DNA from: an uncultured virus (IMG/VR IMGVR_UViG_3300025723_000025)
Taxonomy: Duplodnaviria > Heunggongvirae > Uroviricota > Caudoviricetes
DNA length: 20,834 bases
Strand: one strand, 5' to 3'
Virus record (IMG/VR): IMGVR_UViG_3300025723_000025
Numbering within the stretch: position 1 is the first letter of the stretch; the number at the start of each line of letters is the position of its first letter. The notes under the pieces are model-generated. The model was not told where the DNA came from. It searched no databases and saw only the letters and a list, made by a program, of their open reading frames with translations. Positions 16,074 through 20,834 of the stretch are shown here, in pieces. Both the position numbers and the translations under genes were made by a program.

Positions 16074-18929
16074 ATGAGTGGACAAGTAACGATAACCCAA
16101 TTACCAGTCGCTGGTGCTCTAACAGGTACTGAAGGCGTTCCAATCGTTCAAAATGGCGTAACGGTACAAACTACTACGGGTGCTATTGCTGGTGCTGGTG
16201 CTCTTAACTATCCATTTTTGACAGTAGGATCTACTGCTGGTCTAACTCAGGCACGCTACATTGCCACAGGTTCAGGTTTAACTGTTACCGATAACGGGGC
16301 AGGAAATAGCCTACAAATCAACTTAATCGGTGCCGCACTGTCATTGGATAATGCAGGCACTGGAATAATCGTCAAAACAGGCTCTACAACGGTCACCAAT
16401 CGACTTTTAACAGTAGGTGCAGGCATGACTATTGCCAATGCCGATGCGATCGCTGGTAACCCTTTAATTGGCTTGAATACTAATCTACAGAACTTGGCAA
16501 GCTTGTCAGGCACTGGTATTTTGGCTATCAATGGAAGCACTTTTTCCCCATTCACATTACAGGGAACTACTAATCAGATTAGTATTGCCAACGGAAATGC
16601 GGCTAGTGGATCACCTACGATTAGCATTGTTTCCAATCCAATTTTGCCCGGCAATGGCGGCGTTCAAGTCCCATCAGGATCTACATTACAAAGATTAGCT
16701 GTCAATGGCGTAGTTCGCTATAACACCGATACAGCTAGATTTGAGTTTTATGAAGGCAGTTCTTGGGCAACCATAGGTACTGGAGATGGTACTGTCACCA
16801 GCGTACAGGGAACAGTCAATCAAATTGCAGTCGCTAACAGTACAACTACTCCAGTTGTCAGCATTGCTCCAAACCCAACATTGCCCGGTACAAACTTTGT
16901 TCAGTTGCCTATTGGTACAACTGCACAGCGTGGCACACCATCATATGGTGCTTTCCGATACAACACTGATACTGGGGCCCTAGAGGTTTATACCAATCTA
17001 GGATGGAATACCGTATCTGCTGGTACAGGTGTTGTGACATTTAGTGCAGGCACTACTGGATTGACACCTAATACGCCTACAGCAGGCGGTATTGTTTTGG
17101 GTGGCATCGTAAACCCAGCGACTGGCGGTACTGGAGTTAACAACGGCACAAACACAATTACTGTTGCTGGAAACTTTGCAACTTCAGGGGCATACGCATT
17201 AACCCTAACAGCAACTGGTGCAACTAACGTCACAGTGCCTACAACTGGCACTTTAGCGACTTTGGGAGGGGTAGAAACCCTTACTAATAAGTCAATGTCG
17301 GGTTCTGCCAATACATTCACAAACATTCCAAATAGTGCCCTGACAAACAATTCAGTGACCTATAACGGCGTGACTGTGGCTCTCGGTGCATCAGGAACAA
17401 TCACTGCGGTAAATCCTTATGCATTGACTATTGGAACTGGTTTAAGCGGAACTTCATACAATGGATCTGCCGCAGTAACTATTGCCAATACTGGTGTATT
17501 AAGCTTCTCAGCAGGCACAACTGGACTTACACCTAACACAGCGACGACTGGTGCCATTACTTTGGCTGGTACTTTGGCTATCGCCAATGGTGGTACTGGA
17601 CTCACAGCAACACCTTCCAACGGTCAAATTGACATTGGTAATGGCACAGGATTTACTCGTACAACAATTACTGCTGGTACTGGTATCACTATTACCAATG
17701 GTTCAGGAAGCATTACTCCATCGATTACAGCAACTGGTGTAACCGCAGGAACTTATGGTTCTTCAGCAGTTATTCCAGTTATTGCAGTTAACGCTCAAGG
17801 TCAAATCACCTCGATCAGCACACAAGCGACTAATGCTCCTGCCTATCAAGGCACATGGAACGCCAATACAAACAGTCCTACTTTGACATCTAGCGTCGGT
17901 ACAGCAGGCTACTACTATGTGGTAACGACTGCAGGTAACACGACTTTGAATGGTGTTTCAGGTTGGAACGTAGGTGATTGGGCCATCTTCAGTAACGGTG
18001 CATGGCAAAAGATCCCCGGTTCTACCACTGAGTCATTCACAAATCTGATCACTACTAACTTGCAAGTTGGCGGTTTGACTGGATTCGTATACGCAAATAA
18101 CACCACTGGATATGCTACTGCGGCAACAACAGCTCAATTGTTGAGCCTGTTGGGCACGACTCCAGTAGCTAACGGCGGTACAGGATTGACTAGCTTGACT
18201 GCTGGATCATTGGTATATGGCAACGGTACATCTGCTTACAACACCCTTGCAATTGGTACTAGCGGTCAGATTCTGACATCTACTGGTACAGCTCCTCAGT
18301 GGTCAACATTGAGTGGCGTGGCTGTGACTACATTCAGCGGCGGCACAACTGGTTTGACTCCATCGACTGCGACTTCAGGTGCGATTACTCTTGGCGGCAC
18401 ATTAGCCATTGCAAACGGCGGTACAGGTCAGACTTCATTTACTGCTGGATATGTCCACTACGGATCATTTAGCACAAGCGCAAACCTTCAATTTGACGGC
18501 ACAAATCTTGGTATTGGAGTCGCCCCTGTAAGCTCTAAAGGTCAATTGCAAGTTGGCAATATTGGCTATACAGACACTGGCATTTTGGCTGGATTTGCAT
18601 CTAGTGTTGCTGGATACAATCAAATCATTCTGCAGAACACAAATTCCGGTTCTACTGCTTCGACAAACTTTAACGTCTCGAACAATAACGGTACTGCAAC
18701 TACAAACTTTGGTGAGTTTGGTATCAACTCATCAGGATTTACTGGAACTGGTGCGTTTAGTACAGCAGGAAACGTCTACCTAGCCGCCGCAACAACAGAT
18801 TTGGCAATTGGTACATATGGATCTAACGCAATACATTTTGTAGTAAACAGCGGAGCAACTGACGCAATGACTATCCCAGCGAGTGGCCCAATTGTGGCAC
18901 CCGTCGGCATTGCTGGCGGTGCATTCTGA
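16074..18929 (+). CDS. Long tail fibre / fibre-like protein 1
   Basis: 951 aa, G/T/S/A-rich. N-terminal 'ITQLP.A..LTG.E..PIVQNG.T', repeated 'ANGGTG' and 'FSAGTTGLTP' units, and a duplicated 'P.G.T.QR....G..RYNTDT...E.Y...W' domain. Confidence 0.85.
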   Translation: MSGQVTITQLPVAGALTGTEGVPIVQNGVTVQTTTGAIAGAGALNYPFLTVGSTAGLTQARYIATGSGLTVTDNGAGNSLQINLIGAALSLDNAGTGIIVKTGSTTVTNRLLTVGAGMTIANADAIAGNPLIGLNTNLQNLASLSGTGILAINGSTFSPFTLQGTTNQISIANGNAASGSPTISIVSNPILPGNGGVQVPSGSTLQRLAVNGVVRYNTDTARFEFYEGSSWATIGTGDGTVTSVQGTVNQIAVANSTTTPVVSIAPNPTLPGTNFVQLPIGTTAQRGTPSYGAFRYNTDTGALEVYTNLGWNTVSAGTGVVTFSAGTTGLTPNTPTAGGIVLGGIVNPATGGTGVNNGTNTITVAGNFATSGAYALTLTATGATNVTVPTTGTLATLGGVETLTNKSMSGSANTFTNIPNSALTNNSVTYNGVTVALGASGTITAVNPYALTIGTGLSGTSYNGSAAVTIANTGVLSFSAGTTGLTPNTATTGAITLAGTLAIANGGTGLTATPSNGQIDIGNGTGFTRTTITAGTGITITNGSGSITPSITATGVTAGTYGSSAVIPVIAVNAQGQITSISTQATNAPAYQGTWNANTNSPTLTSSVGTAGYYYVVTTAGNTTLNGVSGWNVGDWAIFSNGAWQKIPGSTTESFTNLITTNLQVGGLTGFVYANNTTGYATAATTAQLLSLLGTTPVANGGTGLTSLTAGSLVYGNGTSAYNTLAIGTSGQILTSTGTAPQWSTLSGVAVTTFSGGTTGLTPSTATSGAITLGGTLAIANGGTGQTSFTAGYVHYGSFSTSANLQFDGTNLGIGVAPVSSKGQLQVGNIGYTDTGILAGFASSVAGYNQIILQNTNSGSTASTNFNVSNNNGTATTNFGEFGINSSGFTGTGAFSTAGNVYLAAATTDLAIGTYGSNAIHFVVNSGATDAMTIPASGPIVAPVGIAGGAF

Positions 18930-19497
18930 TGGCAAAATACATGAAAGTTAAAAGGACTTAAAAATGGCACAAAGCGGATATACACCCATTCTGATCTACG
19001 GTAGTGGTACAGCTACGAATGTACCATTAGCGGCTAATTTGACTAGCTCTGCTTCAGGAACAGAGCTTGCTCTTAACTATGCTGATGGAAAGCTTTTTTA
19101 TAAAGATTCAGGTGGTGTAGTTCAAGTATTGGCGACAAAAGGAGCCGCTCAAAATTCCATCAGTTTTGGAACAACAGGCTTAACTCCTAATACAGCTACG
19201 CAAGGTGCTGTGACTGTTGCAGGCACATTGATTACATCTAATGGTGGAACTGGTCTTTCGTCATATACAGCAGGTGATTTGCCTTACTATGCGTCAGGTA
19301 CTGCACTTAGCAAACTTGGAATTGGAACAAATGGTCAGATTCTTACTTCTACAGGTACCGCACCTCAATGGACAACTTTGTCAGGAGTTGCAGTAACCAC
19401 ATTCAGTGCTGGAACAACTGGTTTAACCCCATCTTCTGCAACAAGCGGAGCAATTACCCTTGCTGGTACATTAAATGTAGCTAACGGCGGTACAGGT
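18252..19497 (+). repeat. 59-aa block shared by the two fibre genes (18252-18428 and 19321-19497)
   Basis: IGT.GQILTSTGTAPQW.TLSGVAVTTFS.GTTGLTPS.ATSGAITL.GTL..ANGGTG; 52 of 59 aa identical by manual alignment. Confidence 0.9.
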
Positions 19498-20406
19498 CTT
19501 AATTCATTGACCGCTGGTTATATTCCTTACGGAAATGGAACAAGTGCATTTAGCTCTAGTTCAAATTTGTATTTTAATGGCAGTTATTTAGGTATTGGAA
19601 CTAGCAGTCCATCTTATCCATTAACAGTAAATGGAACAACTTTTACAACTGGAATAACCATTTCAACTGGTGGCGGTACAAATAGTGCCAATACAGTAAA
19701 TATTGATACCGATGGTGCTGGTACTGCTCGTTATTATTCTCATGGTGGTAATACAACGACAGTGGGTTCTCATTCTTGGCATTTAGTGTCTTCCAATGGT
19801 TCTGTTGATACTACAGCCATGTCACTTAACTATAGTGGTAATTTGTTGGTTGGTACTACAGATAATAATGCAAATGGAAGAGGCGCTGCTACAAGAGCAG
19901 TAATTGCATCCCCATCTAGCGGTGGTGGAGATACATTAGGTCTTTTGCAAGTATCTAATTCAGCGTTTAATATTTCCAGCCTTGTAAATACTACAAGTGG
20001 AACTAGATACCACATAGGGTTTAGTGATGGCACAACATGGGTAGAGCGAGGAACAATCTCTACCAATGGAACAGGTACTTCTTATAACACCACTTCTGAT
20101 TATCGTTTAAAAGAAAATGTAGCACCAATGTCAGGTGCATTAGCAAAAGTGGCTGCATTAAAACCAGTTACATATACTTGGAAAGAAACAGGCACAAATG
20201 GTGAAGGTTTTATTGCTCACGAATTAGCCGAAATTTGCCGTGATGCTGTTGTTGGTGAAAAAGATGGAGTTAAAGAAGATGGAACTCCGCAATATCAACA
20301 AATTGATACTTCATTCTTAGTGGCTACATTGACTTGCGCTATCCAAGAACAACAAGCCCTTATAGAATCATTAACCACTCGCCTTACTGCATTGGAAAAC
20401 AAATGA
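18964..20406 (+). CDS. Tail fibre protein 2 with C-terminal intramolecular chaperone (Peptidase S74) domain
   Basis: N-terminal 'ELALN.ADGKLFYKD', ANGGTG repeats, and C-terminal 'TSDYRLKENV...L..LKPV.Y.WK...GFIAHEL.E....V.G...L..AIQEQQ..I..L' S74 autocleavage signature. Confidence 0.9.
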   Translation: MAQSGYTPILIYGSGTATNVPLAANLTSSASGTELALNYADGKLFYKDSGGVVQVLATKGAAQNSISFGTTGLTPNTATQGAVTVAGTLITSNGGTGLSSYTAGDLPYYASGTALSKLGIGTNGQILTSTGTAPQWTTLSGVAVTTFSAGTTGLTPSSATSGAITLAGTLNVANGGTGLNSLTAGYIPYGNGTSAFSSSSNLYFNGSYLGIGTSSPSYPLTVNGTTFTTGITISTGGGTNSANTVNIDTDGAGTARYYSHGGNTTTVGSHSWHLVSSNGSVDTTAMSLNYSGNLLVGTTDNNANGRGAATRAVIASPSSGGGDTLGLLQVSNSAFNISSLVNTTSGTRYHIGFSDGTTWVERGTISTNGTGTSYNTTSDYRLKENVAPMSGALAKVAALKPVTYTWKETGTNGEGFIAHELAEICRDAVVGEKDGVKEDGTPQYQQIDTSFLVATLTCAIQEQQALIESLTTRLTALENK

Positions 20407-20723
20407 ATACTTACACTTGGAATATCGTTAATTTAGACCGCAATACTTCTGACGGTTTCGTAATCACAGCGCATTATGTTGTATCAGCTACAGATGGTGA
20501 TTACACGGCTTCTACCTATGGCATAGTAAGCTACACACAAGAAGAGAAGGCTTACAAGCCTTATGCTGATTTGACACAAGCTGAAGTTATTGGCTGGGTA
20601 CAGGAGTCACTTGGTCAAGACACAGTAGAGGCGAGTTTGACTGCACAGATTGAAGCGTTAAAGAATCCAGTACAAGAGACTGGATTGCCTTGGGCTACAC
20701 AGCAAGCACCAGCTCAGGCATAA
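20403..20723 (+). CDS. Small fibre-associated protein (106 aa; possible fibre assembly protein)
   Basis: True start is probably ATG 20403 (ATGA overlap with the fibre stop), not 20334. The 'YTW.I..L.....DG.V...HY...PY.DLT...V.GWV...LG...GLPW' pattern is typical of ORFs that follow S74 fibres. Confidence 0.75.
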   Translation: MNTYTWNIVNLDRNTSDGFVITAHYVVSATDGDYTASTYGIVSYTQEEKAYKPYADLTQAEVIGWVQESLGQDTVEASLTAQIEALKNPVQETGLPWATQQAPAQA

Positions 20724-20778
20724 TATTTAAAGGGAAGCCACCACCCTAATTTGGTGGCAACTTCATGGAGATTAAAAA

Positions 20779-20834
20779 ATGGATGGTATCAAACTATCAA
20801 CTGATCTAGTAAACGCAATCCTGCAATATTTGGG
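20779..20834 (+). CDS. Small hypothetical protein (3' partial, MDGIKLSTDLVNAILQYLG...)
   Basis: RBS GGAG upstream; frame is open to the window end. Confidence 0.65.
   Translation, partial: MDGIKLSTDLVNAILQYL

Noticed and set aside
16074..19500. ANGGTG/GG repeats in the fibres as members of the GG-tag system
   Set aside because: The context differs (N-G-G-T-G in T/S-rich beta repeats, no basic residues); these are ordinary fibre shaft repeats.
233..20066. All minus-strand ORFs in the ORF track (e.g. 233-628, 5409-5984, 16988-17350)
   Set aside because: They are antisense shadows of well-supported, tightly packed + strand genes and have no recognisable motifs.
19500..20406. Diversity-generating retroelement target in the fibre
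   Set aside because: There is no reverse transcriptase and no near-identical template/variable repeat pair differing only at adenines; the fibre repeats differ at synonymous sites of all bases.
20737..20758. GCCACCA-N8-TGGTGGC hairpin as a terminator
   Set aside because: The stem is real but has no downstream U-tract and sits just before the next RBS, so termination is unsupported.
1..20834. Stop-codon reassignment, introns/inteins or tRNA genes
   Set aside because: Genes are intact and tightly packed under the standard code, intergenic gaps are too short, and no intein or tRNA signatures were seen.

Overview
The window is a single + strand morphogenesis region of a tailed dsDNA phage (Caudoviricetes; podovirus-like layout). 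Gene order: terminase large subunit 3' end, small ORF, large modular ParB-like/Gp88-like protein, small ORF, portal, two small ORFs missed by the ORF track, GroES-like co-chaperonin, probable scaffold, conserved hypothetical, probable decoration protein, major capsid protein, structural protein, His/Lys/Gly-rich 628-aa protein, several small basic proteins, head-tail adaptor with an inserted discoidin-like domain, small Cys-rich protein, two tail fibres (the second with an S74 autocleaving chaperone), and fibre-associated small ORFs. The most notable unexplained signal is a short hydrophobic/basic-[A/K]-x-G-G motif. It recurs about 25 times across at least six otherwise unrelated proteins and sits at apparent module boundaries, suggesting a di-glycine polyprotein-processing or capsid cargo-loading system. 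Other signals: an acidic 'DGSA' motif shared by the portal and scaffold N-termini, and near-total avoidance of CCWGG, GCWGC, GCGC and CGCG, which relaxes only in the distal fibre region. All family assignments come from motif recognition by eye, not database searches.
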